Below are positions 12,601 through 25,920 of a DNA stretch of 64,000 nt, piece by piece. The DNA lies in contig NC_068982.1 in the NCBI RefSeq assembly GCF_001194135.2, positions 25,425,597 to 25,489,596 on the forward strand, read 5' to 3'. The translations under genes were made by a program, and so were the position numbers. How positions within the stretch are numbered: position 1 is the first letter of the stretch; each line of letters opens with the position of its first letter. This DNA is from Octopus bimaculoides. Lineage: Eukaryota. The notes beneath the pieces were generated by a model. That model had not been told where the DNA came from. It saw nothing but the letters and a program-made list of their open reading frames with translations, and made no database searches.

Positions 12601-15600
12601 AAACTGCTGTGTAATTGCTGCTTTCCTTGAAAACAGGTGTTCTAATCTAGTACTGTCAATCAATGAATATTCATTATCTGCAATGATTCATATTCCCAGC
12701 ACCGCCTTCATAATATTGATATATTAAATGTGCATCAATAAACTCAGCGAGACGAGTAAATGAACAATTTGGAAACACAGGCGTGTGTTGGTGCAGTTAT
12801 TTTCAGCAGTCTCGGGCTTTCTGACATCAAGAAGACAATAGGACTACAAGCTGCACTAAAAATACTAATCTCCAACTGCAACTACCTGTCAGAGCAAACA
12901 TTCGTTGAAGAACAGGATCGTCGAAGAAAGTGTCCGTGTAAAATACCTAACAACAACACATGATGTCCCAGATACCAGTCTGATGAATTGAATGTGTCTA
13001 AATGGGATACACATACCAAATATTGCTCAATGAACCATGTAAAAGATGTGTTTTTGTACATATAACCTCATCAAATAATATTCTGGGGCTGCACTTTCTA
13101 GCAAGTGTGACATAGCCTATTACATGTATGTGAAATATGAATATACTTTTTCTGCATATTTAATTAATATTTTCGCTGCATCTTTTTAAATCATTCATCT
13201 TTATCACGATATAAATAAATTAGAATGATGCAATAGATATGTTTATATACATACAAACATACATATATACATACATACATACATACATACATACATACAT
13301 ACATACATACATACATGCATGCATACATAGACATACATATATGTTCCTTGTCATGACTTCTGCCTCCACTGATATTCCGTTCTCAACCTTTTTCCACTCA
13401 GCCACCTTATACAGGATCATGTCATATGGCTCATCCAGTTGGGAGCTCATTTATTGGCTAATACAATCCAGTCCAAGTGGCAGAGAAAGCTGATGGCATT
13501 GTCGATATATCAATACCAAATTCGAACTCTCTCATTTTTTCTATACCTTCGGAAATAAGGTGTTTCGTAAATTTACGAAATACAAAATTCAGTTACTCAG
13601 AAAAATCTGGAGCTTTCGGAAAGATTTTATTCCTCTACACTTTCGGTATCAGGGTCAAAGAATTTGGTACAGAAACGTCAACCTAATTCTGACAGAAGAC
13701 ACTCTTCACAATGTTGTTCTCGTCGCAGAAATGCCTTGAATGCTCATCGCAGTATACTGCCTAGCTATTTTTAGTTTTTTCCTGAGCAACAGGAAAACGC
13801 ACTGGCCAGAGAATAAAAGCAACTTCCGTATGTCACTTCTACCGTAACGCACTTTGTCTATGTTTTTAAATATTCATCGAGTGCTCATTTCCTAGAGGAT
13901 ACTGGTGCAGAATGCAATATTTGGCAATTTAGTTTCTAACGGGGTTCAAAGCAACATGTTAGATTTTTAGCAGACTTTTTGAAAAAAATCAAAAATTTAA
14001 TTGATACTAATTTGTGGTTACGTGGTATTAACGCAAAGTCAGTTATTATCAATCCTCTTTTTTTTATCGCTTTTACGTCACATAAATATACACTCTTCTT
14101 AGTTGCATTCTGGACATCATTCACCCGGTTTTAATAACAAAACGCTTCTAGATTCGGTAACACATCATATTGTTATTACTAGACCTCTTGTTTCTGCTCA
14201 GTGTAAACGTCTTATTGCAGCAAAATTGAGTGAAGAATTTAGTCACATGTTGCAGCCCGGAATTATTTGAACCTCTTCTAGCAATTAGTTCCCTCCCTTA
14301 CGCATGGGGCCCCCAAAACGCCATAGACGATTGCCGTCTTTGCGGGGCCTATTGCATGTTGAATCCTAAAATTGCTCTATTTCTCACCTTCATAATGTCT
14401 TATCCTCTTTATAATATTCTTCTTAATTATCTTCTGAATAACCCCAAATTTTAACTTTATACAATATGGTAATATTGTTTAAAATATTTAACTATAGTAC
14501 CCCATGATAAAACTTCCCCCGTATTTATCATCATTGATAATTGTCAGCTAATATTTTGATTTAAGCTTTCCTTTACCAAATTTCATTATATTGCTTCAAA
14601 TTAATCTTGATAGTTTTATGACTATACCCGCTATGATTTCTGTCGACTCCCTCAGCCCCTTTCCTAACAGACACTGCTCCTTTTTCTTTGGCCTTAGATT
14701 TTAATATACAAAGATTTGATCAACAAGACTATAAATTAACACTGACCCCAAAAAACAGTGACAAGCTAGATCTCTAACAAGTCTTTTCTTCCTGATACCT
14801 TAGTAGCTTATAAGCTGAAATGAAGACAGCATGTTCTTTGTCTGTTTCTTTACCTTCTTGGAGGTTTTAGGTAAAATTATACTAATGTGTCCATCTGTTT
14901 TAATTTAATTTAATTATATGTATTTATGCAGCTGAGGATTGCTCTGCATTTAAATTGATGTAATGGTTGCATTGTTCAATAAAATGGAGTCGTTTGAAAC
15001 GATCGTACTGCATTACATCTAGATATCCTGTTGCTTATTTGATTTTAATCACCAAATTCTGCTAATTTTTGGTATATGTGTATTATAAATATATATATAT
15101 ATANNNNNNNNNNNNNNNNNNNNNNNNNNNNNNNNNNNNNNNNNNNNNNNNNNNNNNNNNNNNNNNNNNNNNNNNNNNNNNNNNNNNNNNNNNNNNNNNN
15201 NNNNNNNNNNNNNNNNNNNNNNNNNNNNNNNNNNNNNNNNNNNNNNNNNNNNNNNNNNNNNNNNNNNNNNNNNNNNNNNNNNNNNNNNNNNNNNNNNNNN
15301 NNNNNNNNNNNNNNNNNNNNNNNNNNNNNNNNNNNNNNNNNNNNNNNNNNNNNNNNNNNGAATTTTATAAAAGTTTCTTTAATATCCTATTTTTATAAAT
15401 TTCTTTGTTTCATTAATTCATTTAGGATGTACTATAATAATTTTTATGTAGCTTTTATATACTTGGCCTGAAAAATTACACAAAAGGTCGAAACAACTGT
15501 CTACAAATATATTGGAATTAAATGCTGGTGCTGAATTTCAATTAAATACTACAAAATTTTTATTATTTTACTAAGGGTCAAGAAAAATACTCCCGCATAG

Positions 15601-16477
15601 CTTCTCTCATTTGCGAAAGAAAACGAACGAAAACAATAAAAAGAATCAGCGTACTGAGATGAAATTGCATGCTAAATACTGAGTGGGGTTCTTCACCAAG
15701 TGCATCGTGTTGTCAATGAGTCAATTTTATTTGAAGTTGACAGTATTACAAATCTAGCAGGACTCGCACACAAAAGCCAACGAATTTTTGGTAAACACCT
15801 ACAAACGAAAGCCGACATCCAAACGTTTTTTTCTAATTTCAGTAATCCTAGGCGATATAAAAATGTTTTGCAAAACATTTCTGCAAATCCTTAACAGGAA
15901 ACAAATATATTTTGTTTGTTCTGCTCTTCTCTATATACTCTGTAAATCTGTTTCTTGCGAGTTTGTATCAAACTAAGAACTTAATCATATTTTCGAATAT
16001 TTTATATTTTTTATATTCAGTTAATCTAATAGTCTGAAAATTATTGCATGGAGAATGAAAGAGATGAACTGAAGAAAAAAAATATAGGCAAATATGGTGG
16101 AAATGATTCTTGCAGCTGAGTTTTAAATATTAAAAATAATTATAACGAAAGAAATATTTTGCTTTGAAATTGTTATACTACGATTTAGCAGATCATCCAA
16201 TAAAAGTGAAGCAAATGCAGTAAACATTTGTTTAGGCGCAAGTTAATCGTGCTAAAAGCAAGGTTGTAAATATTTAGATATTACTGAAACAAATCCACAT
16301 GACATCTCGATATCGATTAGTTTATCTTGTCAGTTACCAGCAGTGGGTGAGGTCTAAGAATGGAAACTTTACAGACTCATTTTGAACGGTTGTACGAATT
16401 AACATATTGAGTTATTACAAATGTTGTTCACACATTCATCCTAAGGTGTTTATATATATATATATAAATATATATAT

Positions 16478-16870
16478 ACTAGCTGAGGATGCCGCCATTG
16501 CCGGGCAATTTTCACAATAGATTGCCTTGGCAGATTTTCGGAATAGCACACCCACATATGTTAGATTTTGTCCGTTTTGACAGGAATTTTAAAATCTTTC
16601 TTGTTTCTTTTTTTATTACCACACATTTGAAAATGATGGAGAGAAACATTGTTTGAAAAAATATGTGCTTGGAAATTTGATTCGCAGTCCCACTTCCTGA
16701 CCCGTTTTGTCCAATTTCTATTTTTCACTATGTACTTACAAACAATGGCACACGCCCTTTCGGTAAAAAATGAAAATTAAAAATTAGAAAATTTATGAGT
16801 TTTTTAAACACCATCCACCACTTAATACCGCTTTAGGCCAATTTTCTATTTTTGCACGTCGCCCTCATGA
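16478..16870 (+). mobile_element. Possible non-autonomous Helitron/Helentron-like (HINE) element
   Basis: Starts ACTAG immediately after (TA)n, followed by a GC-rich subterminal segment gccgccattgccgggc. The 3' boundary is uncertain. Confidence 0.35.
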
Positions 16871-16921
16871 AATTCCCTACGCACATGCATATACACACTG
16901 ACAAACTCTCACAGTGTGAAC

Positions 16922-17559
16922 GATTTTATGGTTCATTTACTCACAATGGATGAAACTGGACTCCAGCATTATGATCTCCAGAACAAGCAGTAATCAATAA
17001 AGCGATTTCACAGCGGTTCGCCACGTCACAAAATGTTTCGAATCCGGAAGTCAACTAGAAAGATCCTGACCTCAGTGTTCTGGAACAAAGACGGAGGACT
17101 CATAAAATACCTATCAAAGGGTCGCACCATCAACGTAGAATACTACACATCTCTAATGGACGAACTGCGAGAAGCTTTGAAGCAGAAACTCCGTAGAAAG
17201 CTGAGCGGTAATGTCCTGTTTTTGTAGGACCATTCACCAGCACACACAGCACATGAAACTCTACGGAAAATACATGATTCTGTTTTCGAATTTGTAGACC
17301 ATCCACCTTAATCTCCTGACTTGTCCAACTCTGACTATCACCTCTTTCCACGACTGAGGAAACATCTCAAGGAAAAGAAATTTCACTCCGATTCGGAAGT
17401 GATCGCTGCTACAAAGATCTGGTTGGAAGCCCGACCTTCCGAGTTTCTTTTATAAGGCTTACAAAAACTGAAGGACCACTGCAATAAGTGTGTGAATTTG
17501 TGAGAGGAATATGTTCAGTAAGTGCTCGACTACAATCTAGATTCTGGCTAACAACATCG
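16922..17559 (+). mobile_element. Mariner (DD34D) transposase remnant
   Basis: Translates LLTMDETGLQHYD...KILTSVFWNKDG...KGRTINVEYY...L*DHSPAH...HPP*SPDLSNSDYHLFPRLRKHL...KCVNL*EEYVQ*. A TIR-like end ...acaacatcg-TA lies at 17551-17561. Confidence 0.9.
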
Positions 17560-19524
17560 TATTATATGAAATTGTTTGAGGTAAGCAATTACACAATATT
17601 TCACTCGATGGGGAGATTCCTATTTTTTAAAAAAAGTTTTGTGCTCATTTCAGTTCCTACTCTCTTAATTACTCTTAATCTATCAATATACCCTGAAAAT
17701 TCTTCTATCAGTATCTTACGTGGCCTATGGGCGAAACTATCCTGATTCAGTTACCGCTTCTCTGACTACCAATTTCATTGAAACGCTATTCCCCTTAAAA
17801 CCTTAACGGCCACTCTAGGTTTAAATGATAATAGACTTCATTGCCAAATCGTATTTCACAACAACCTTTGCTCTATTCTACACTAAGCACACACATCCTC
17901 CACCTAAATTGTACCTAGGATAAGTCTATCAAACACATAGCTCTTCAATTCACTTCAAAACCTCGTAGCAGTAGCAACTTGGATAAACCTGAATGGATAC
18001 GTACACCCGGGATGAACTTATAAACAATTAAACCAATAGGCTGCAGCTAGATACAAGATCTTAAAATATCTATGCAGTAGAAACACGTGTCGGACAAAGA
18101 TTTAAAGTGAATATGCTATTATAAACAAGATTTTGAGGATGTAAAATTCTCCATTCTTACTTTTAATATACAGTACACACAAAGACACACACACATACAC
18201 ACATTAGTTGCTTTAAAGGCAGCATCCCCGAGGAAGTTCCGACCCACTGCGACTGCTGGATCATATTCACTTATAAACTAATTAATGCAATGTTATGAGA
18301 TTGAAAACTCGGTAACCTGCAGTTGTTGCCACTACCCAGAAACAAATATTTATTTTGTAGCTAAAACGTGTTTATTTTATNNNNNNNNNNNNNNNNNNNN
18401 NNNNNNNNNNNNNNNNNNNNNNNNNNNNNNNNNNNNNNNNNNNNNNNNNNNNNNNNNNNNNNNNNNNNNNNNNNNNNNNNNNNNNNNNNNNNNNNNNNNN
18501 NNNNNNNNNNNNNNNNNNNNNNNNNNNNNNNNNNNNNNNNNNNNNNNNNNNNNNNNNNNNNNNNNNNNNNNNNNNNNNNNNNNNNNNNNNNNNNNNNNNN
18601 NNNNNNNNNNNNNNNNNNNNNNNNNNNNNNNNNNNNNNNNNNNNNNNNNNNNNNNNNNNNNNNNNNNNNNNNNNNNNNNNNNNNNNNNNNNNNNNNNNNN
18701 NNNNNNNNNNNNNNNNNNNNNNNNNNNNNNNNNNNNNNNNNNNNNNNNNNNNNNNNNNNNNNNNNNNNNNNNNNNNNNNNNNNNNNNNNNNNNNNNNNNN
18801 NNNNNNNNNNNNNNNNNNNNNNNNNNNNNNNNNNNNNNNNNNNNNNNNNNNNNNNNNNNNNNNNNNNNNNNNNNNNNNNNNNNNNNNNNNNNNNNTATAC
18901 ACACACATACAATTCAAATAAAAAAAAGACAATTATACATCTACAGAGGTTTTATTATTACAGTCATTTATGAAGCGTAGCGTATTCACTTTAAAACTCT
19001 TTCCGAGATATGTTTCTGCTGCACGGATACCTTGCAATCGTGTTTTCATTTGCATTTTGTTTATTCATTTGCATCAAGATTTCATTCCGGTTACAAACGT
19101 GTCAATGTGTTGCTACTATTAAAGCTTGAAGCCAACTGGAATATTATTGTTTAGATAATCTTACATTTTATTAGGGTACAATTAGTGTTGAAGGGAAAGA
19201 ATAAAGGAGGAAGTAGTTAGAAACATGATATGGCTCTAAATTCTGCTATTAAATCGACTCTAGGATGACCCTAAGGTTTGAATATCGAATCATGAATGTT
19301 CGATGTTAATCTAGGTCAAAATAGCTTTCATCCACTAGATTTAAGGTCATCTCAGCGTTTATCTGATAATGAGCTAGTAAAATCTTTAGTACACTGGAAT
19401 AAATGCTTTGCTGTATTTGTTTCCCCCTCCGAGACTGACAAAATAAAATGCCAAGTATTCGGGTCGTCTTTCTTCACTTAAAATACTGGCCTTATGCTGA
19501 GATGAGAATTGTATTTGTGCGTGC

Positions 19525-19584
<60 letters not shown>

Positions 19585-19585
19585 G

Positions 19586-19660
<75 letters not shown>

Positions 19661-20859
19661 ACAAACCAGCTTCATAAACACACTGTCCGGTAGCGTCAGA
19701 CACATACACAAACACATAAATAGTCTTAACAGCGTCACATACACTCGTGGATGCATATACGCAAACGCGTAGAAACGTTAAAATCTTCCTCCATTTTTCT
19801 TCAGTGTAAACCTAGTATACGCTCTTTGCTGTGATTTTATCTCATTTTTGTGGTTCGTTCTATTCTTTAACTATGTTACCGCGCGCGCGCGTGTGTGTGC
19901 GCACGCGCGTCTGTGTAAGCGTGTGTGCGTGTGTGTGTGTGCGTGTGTGTGTGTGTGCGTGTAATATGAAAGACAGAAGAAGAGTAAAATATATGAATTC
20001 TTGGGTGGTACGTATTTCTTAGTATCTCAGTATATGCGTTTGTCTGTTGTTCAAGAGTTCTGAATATGTAGAATAAATGATTTTTTTCAGATTTTGCAAA
20101 TGAGGACAGTTGCGAATTCATATTGGTTCAACTGATTAAAAACAAAACGCTTGTATTTGACATTTTTATAAATATGGAAGTATTCTATTTATTAATCCCG
20201 TCTGGTTTCTAACTCCCCAAAGTCATAATCGATTTGGTGAGGATTTTTCTTTATAGAACGGTTTTCTATCGTTCAAGTGAATAATTACAATACAACAGAT
20301 CGTTAAGTTATAAGAGTTAATTATCTTTAGTAGTCACTTAATAATTTCAATGTTTTAACACAGCTTATGCTTTATATTATAAATAAATAAAACAAAAAAT
20401 ATGAAAAACTCTATGAAGATAGAATAACTATTAAAAAAACTGAGATGTAATGTTATATTACAAAAATTCTTTTATTATAGAAATATTTTTGTCATCCAAC
20501 TATTCTACTTGATAGAATTATAGCTTTATATTTGCTAACATGACAAAAAATCATTAACAACTAGATTCTGCTTGTGTTTGCTAATCCCACATGACAACCA
20601 ATTGAATGAGTGATATCGACTGTACTTAAAATGTTGACGTTTTAAGTAGGTTTCTGATAACATCAGTTCGGACACTATTTAATTTTGCTTGCCTGAGTAC
20701 TAGGCGGCGCTGATGTGAGTAGTAAAGGGGGAATCAATAAAATTGTACGTTTTAAATAGATCTCAGTTCTGTTTTCTAATAAAATGTATTGTGATCTTTT
20801 ACTTTTACAATTTACATCTCATGACAGTTGTTTTCAATCGAGTTAATAAATGACTTCTA

Positions 20860-20990
20860 GCGCAGGCACAAGGTTAGATGCTTATTGGGAGTGTAATAAT
20901 CAATTGTATCAAACGCAATACTTAAGTGATGCGTTATTTTATCGACTCCTTAAAAGTGAAGACGAAATCGACGTCAGAGAAGAATTTGAG
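20860..20990 (-). mobile_element. Diverged SINE family A fragment
   Basis: ttttatcgactccttaaaagtgaagacgaaatcgacgtc...gaatttgag resembles 855-905. Confidence 0.45.
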
Positions 20991-21376
20991 AATAAAGTGT
21001 AAATATTTGAAACAAATGACACAGGGGAGTCTTCAGGATATTTCAATGATTCTGTCATCTATCGACCTTCAGTAGATATCAACAACCGAATTGGCAGGAT
21101 ATTTAAGGCAACAGATCATCACCTCTTTGATTTATTTGTTCCAGCTATCTGCACTCTGAGTTCAAATCAGGCTGAGTTCAATCCTATCATTTTATTCACC
21201 GGGAATCAAATTGACGACCTTACGATCGTGATACGAATAATCTAACCACTAAGCTACGCGCCTTCACGAGATGAGTCTGGAGGGAGTATCACTAACGACT
21301 CTGCAGAAAGGAAGGAGGCCTGAGCAAGAGGCTACGAAGCTCTTTTCAGAGAAATAATATGTTGCAGGACCCACCT

Positions 21377-21613
21377 TAGCCATGTGCTGAGAAGAATTAT
21401 TTGGCGTGTGGATAATTTACCATTGGAAACATAAGTGTTTCGTTCAACATCCCCAAACAACCCTTACTCAGGGACCTTTTGCGCGGGATGCCCTACTCGA
21501 CCTGAATTAAACATTCTAACTGGGCCCCACCTGCAAGGTTATGCGCTGTTAATCTTGATAAGTGATCAACATGTCGCGCACATATTGTTGTGATGCATGT
21601 GCCTAGGGTAACC
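21377..21613. repeat. Interspersed non-coding repeat (shares sequence with 56981-57262)
   Basis: gccatgtgctgagaagaattatttggcgtgtggataat...gtgtttcgttcaacatcc matches 57184-57255. Confidence 0.7.
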
Positions 21614-22744
21614 TTTTGGAAAGTTGGAACTTTTCTGGCAATGATTCGATTCAAGCATAAATAACAACAAAAACAATAGTTAAAAATAGCATAAAAAATA
21701 ATATTAGGCTCTACACAGAATATCGGTTTCGTTTGCCTTAGAATAATAGAATTTGAGAAAAACGATTTTAGAGTATATACAAACCCTACAAGCGTACCCA
21801 AGTCAGAATAAGACCTACCTTTGCATAAAACATAAGTTAGTTTGACATGATTGAAATAGAGAATGTTAAAAGACAATTTAGAATGGAATTAGGAGTTGAG
21901 TTATAACAATATTAGTTATAGACTATAGCTTATTTCGGTGGGTGCAATTTAAGCTTATTTGACCGTTCCAAGAAAGTATTTACTTTATTGCATTTGATAT
22001 AATAATCACAAGAGATTCGGTAACTAAAAATACATTATAGACGTGTTGGTATATAAATATGCACATTTTTCAACGATTTAATTACTTTTAGACGCCTTCA
22101 ACATAAAAGAAATCAATTAAGTCAATGGTAAAATATTTATTGTAATTGAATTAAAAAGGTATGTTAAAATAATTATTCAGTCAGTTAATAATTATTCAGT
22201 TAGTGTTATGACTTCAAACAAATACGAGAGACATTTCTATTAATGATTCGCAATTATCTTGAACATATCTGCAACATACTACCTAATTGCATATGTTAAA
22301 TCCGATTTAATTTTTGTTTTTCATTCAAATGAAACCTCGGCGTTATTTTCTAATCTGAATATACATGAGTATCAAAGGATACAATGATTAACCAATATAA
22401 GTATCTTATCATTGCCCACTGTCTAAATAGGGAGTTGCGAATACATGCGTACAGCTACAGTGTATCGCTAGCCACTTACAACCTTACCTAGAATGCGCTA
22501 AATCAAATAAGTTGGTTAACACAAGAATTAACTTGAAATATCAATAATAAGAGAGAAGTAAGCTAGGAACTCCCACAATTTCTTCAAAGATAGCATCACT
22601 ATATGTTGGAAATTGTCACTACCTTAATAGTTTCAAGCGATACAGTGAAAATGTCATTATGTCCATTAGAGCAAAGAAATAGAAAAAAAATAGCGACAAT
22701 ACAAGACAGATAAGGGAGTCGGACAGATGACTTAAAACACAATG

Positions 22745-22747
<3 letters not shown>

Positions 22748-22821
<74 letters not shown>

Positions 22822-22902
22822 GAGAGAGACAGACAGAGACAGAGACAGAGACAGACAGACAGAGACAGAGAGACAGAGAGAGACAGAGACAGAGAGAGAG
22901 AC

Positions 22903-22949
<47 letters not shown>

Positions 22950-22995
22950 GAGACAGAGACAGACAGACAGACTGACAGACAGTAACAGAGAGAGA
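22748..22995. repeat. (GA)n/(GACA)n compound microsatellite
   Basis: Directly visible. Confidence 0.95.
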
Positions 22996-23197
22996 GCAGA
23001 AATCGGACACGCCTGTTTTGTTTTGTTATTCAAATACTTAGAGTTAGACGAAAGTAAAAGTTTAGATATGAAATCTATGCGATTATTTGTCATATTAAAA
23101 ATACAAAAGAATAAAACTTATCTGTATAACAATTCCGCCATGAAACCTATTAGCAGTACTCACCATATTTTATAGTTCCGTTTTACCGAGTAGAAAC

Positions 23198-24867
23198 TTA
23201 ATATATATTACTTATATATCGTAACTCTGCTGGTCTACAAAATACCCTACCTAGATAAGATCTGGATGACCCAACACTGTTTACCCATGTACAGACTGGA
23301 GTCTTCGGGAAATTTAGTCTGAACCTGTCCGCCAGCTGGAAACGACGGATCAGGTTTGCGAGGCTTGCAATGTCATACGGAAAGTTCCGCTTAATGCTCG
23401 TATAAGTCTCTAATGTCATTCACACCATCATTAGGCTCTCTGGTACTCTAAAGTGTTAGAGCTGCAGATTCTCCCCCCNNNNNNNNNNNNNNNNNNNNNN
23501 NNNNNNNNNNNNNNNNNNNNNNNNNNNNNNNNNNNNNNNNNNNNNNNNNNNNNNNNNNNNNNNNNCTCTGTTTCAATGTTCTCGTCTTGTGCTTTGAGAG
23601 TCATCAGCTTTCCATCGGCCCTCCTCACTAGCACGAAATTCTGCTGCTGCACAGATTGTTGTTGTTGTGACGTTTTTCCTTTCAAAGTTTCTTGTTTTTG
23701 ATTCTGTTCTGGGTGTGTGTAATGGTGTTGGTAATTGTGGTGCTTGTAGTGTGGGGGTTGTCATCAGTATGTCAGTGTTTGCCGCTTCTTGGATTTCTTC
23801 CATTTTTCTGTGTCTCTTTTTATTTTTTTTGTCATTTGTCCTCCCCTGTCATCAACACTTGGATGCGCGGAGGAGCCCGTGTTACGTATGTTTTCTTCTG
23901 ATACTGTTTGTTCTGGTTCTCTTGTACTTGTTGTTGCTCCTGCTACTGTAGCTTCTGCCACTGCTGCTGGTGCTACTCCCACTGCTTCTGGTGCTACTCC
24001 CACTGCTGCTGGTGCTACTCTCACTGCCACCTTTACTCTAATACCTGTTTTGTCTCCTTGGGTTCAATTTCTGTTTCTATTCCCCTGCCTTTCTGTTGTT
24101 GTTGTTTTCGTCAACTCATGGGATGTGGGGCTTTTGTTTGGGCATTTCTTTTTACCCTTCTGTTCTGGTTCTGTGGGCAGAAAAACCATAAGTGATCCAT
24201 TGAACCACAATCGCGGCACTTCGGCTTTCTGCCTTCCATGTTAACCTTTAATTCTACTCCATTCGAGTGGGAAATCAGGTCTGGTACTTTCTCTAGCTGC
24301 TTTGGCTTCATGTGGAGAAGAACCGCCAAGGTAGTCCCAACGCAATCTTCCCTCCTCGATCTTTTAACATCCATAAGGTTCTTTCCCTCGTCCGTACAAA
24401 TACAAGCGAGAATCCACCATAAATCCAGGCCTGGTGGGACTTCAGGTGCTGTAATTCGTACCACCCTTCTTCCAATGTACGTTGGGAAGCGGACGATTTC
24501 CTTGGTACGACGCGTGGTCACCGAGTTTTGTATCGACTGCCCCTCGGTCTTAAAAAGGACCTCTACCCCGCCGTACTGTCTCGCTGTCGCAATGTAGTGG
24601 ATATCCTGCCATATGTTTTTCAAGGTTTTTTCATCCTGGTTACAATTTAGCATTTTTGGAGTTTCCTTTCCTTTGTGTTCACGTACCTGTAGACAACTGT
24701 CTGTTTGGCTGTTGCTTCAAGCATATCGCGTGGAGACGTCAATTCTGCCTTCCTTCCATTCATTTTCATACATTTTCTAACTTGTTTAGTCTTTCTATTT
24801 TGTTCTCCAAATTCCTTAGCTGCCGTGATATTTGCAAAGGTCTGTTTCTCGCCGCTAACTCCAGCTA
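23198..24867 (-). mobile_element. Tx1/L1-clade non-LTR retrotransposon: frameshifted ORF1 with CCHC knuckle and APE endonuclease fragment; RT absent
   Basis: ORF 24111..24653 contains CRDCGSMDHLWFFCP (CX2CX4HX4C). ORF 23198..23419 contains LADRFRLNFPKTPVCTWVNSVGSSRSYLGRVF, typical of L1/Tx1 APE (D.FR...TW...SRLDR). An Ala/Val/Pro-rich linker lies between them. N-gap at 23479-23565. Confidence 0.8.
23968..24030. repeat. 21-bp minisatellite (about 3 copies) inside ORF1 region
   Basis: ggtgctactcccactgct(g/t)ct repeated; encodes AVGVAP[A/E] on the minus strand. Confidence 0.8.
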
Positions 24868-24869
24868 CC

Positions 24870-24912
<43 letters not shown>

Positions 24913-25109
24913 GTGATAATAATAAAGATGATGACGACGAAGAAGAAGAAGAAGAAGAAGAAGAAGAAGAAGAAGAAGAAGAAGAAGAAGAAGAAGAAGA
25001 AGAAGAAGAAGAAGAAGAAGAAGAAGAAGAAGAAGAAGAAGAAGAAGAAGAAGAAGAAGAAGAAGAAGAAGAAGAAGAAGAAGAAGAAGAAGAAGAAGAA
25101 GAAGAAGAA
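24868..25109. repeat. (AAT)n + (GAA)n compound microsatellite
   Basis: Directly visible; source of the poly-N/E/K/S/L ORFs. Confidence 0.95.
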
Positions 25110-25749
25110 ATATTTTTAAAATAATCTTCCACACATCTTTTGTTCATTCCACTCATCCGATATTTGACATTAACCATCTCAAGAACAAAATCTATCAACT
25201 CAATATATAATATCTACTTCCATTATTCACAATACATCTAATAACACAATAATCAGTTTATTGCGTCTGACATCAATTAATTAAATAAGTTTTAAAACAT
25301 ATTTCATCATAATTACGACAATTATCGTAGTATTTATCTTGAGATTTTTTTTAATGTTCTGCAATCTACGTGATTACTTATTGTAGAAAATAACAATATT
25401 TGTAATATGAAAGTTCAACGTATCATAATTATGTACAGCCATCTAAGAAAGAAATACTTACGAATCACTAATAGTTATAACTTAAATAGTAATAGATATA
25501 TTACTATGAATGAATAAGAAAAAAATATATACGAATATATATGATATACTTATTTTCGGTTCTAAACTTTTCGAGATGAAGCCCTGCTGCTATAAACGAA
25601 GAAAAAAAAAAGAGATAATCAAGATACATCAGGAACATGACATGTTCTATCAAATGTTCCTTCATAACACTTAGATCAGTATTTCATTTAGGTTCAGCTT
25701 GAGGCTGCATTTCTCAATCAAATAATATTAATACGACGATGAAATTAAA

Positions 25750-25920
25750 GTCGGTGAGCTGGCAGAATCGTTGGCGCACCAACCAAAATATTTAGAGGTA
25801 TTCCTTCGAGGTTTTACGTTCTGAATTCAAATGCAGTCGAAGTAGATTTTGCATTTGATCCTTACAGGGTTGGTAAAATAATGTGCGTGGTAGTCCGTGG
25901 AGACGATTTAATCGATACTC
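25750..25920 (+). mobile_element. tRNA-derived SINE family A, copy with 5' head
   Basis: A-box-like ggtgagctggcagaatcgtt and B-box-like gttctgaattcaaat. The body is similar to 63545-63700. Confidence 0.65.
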
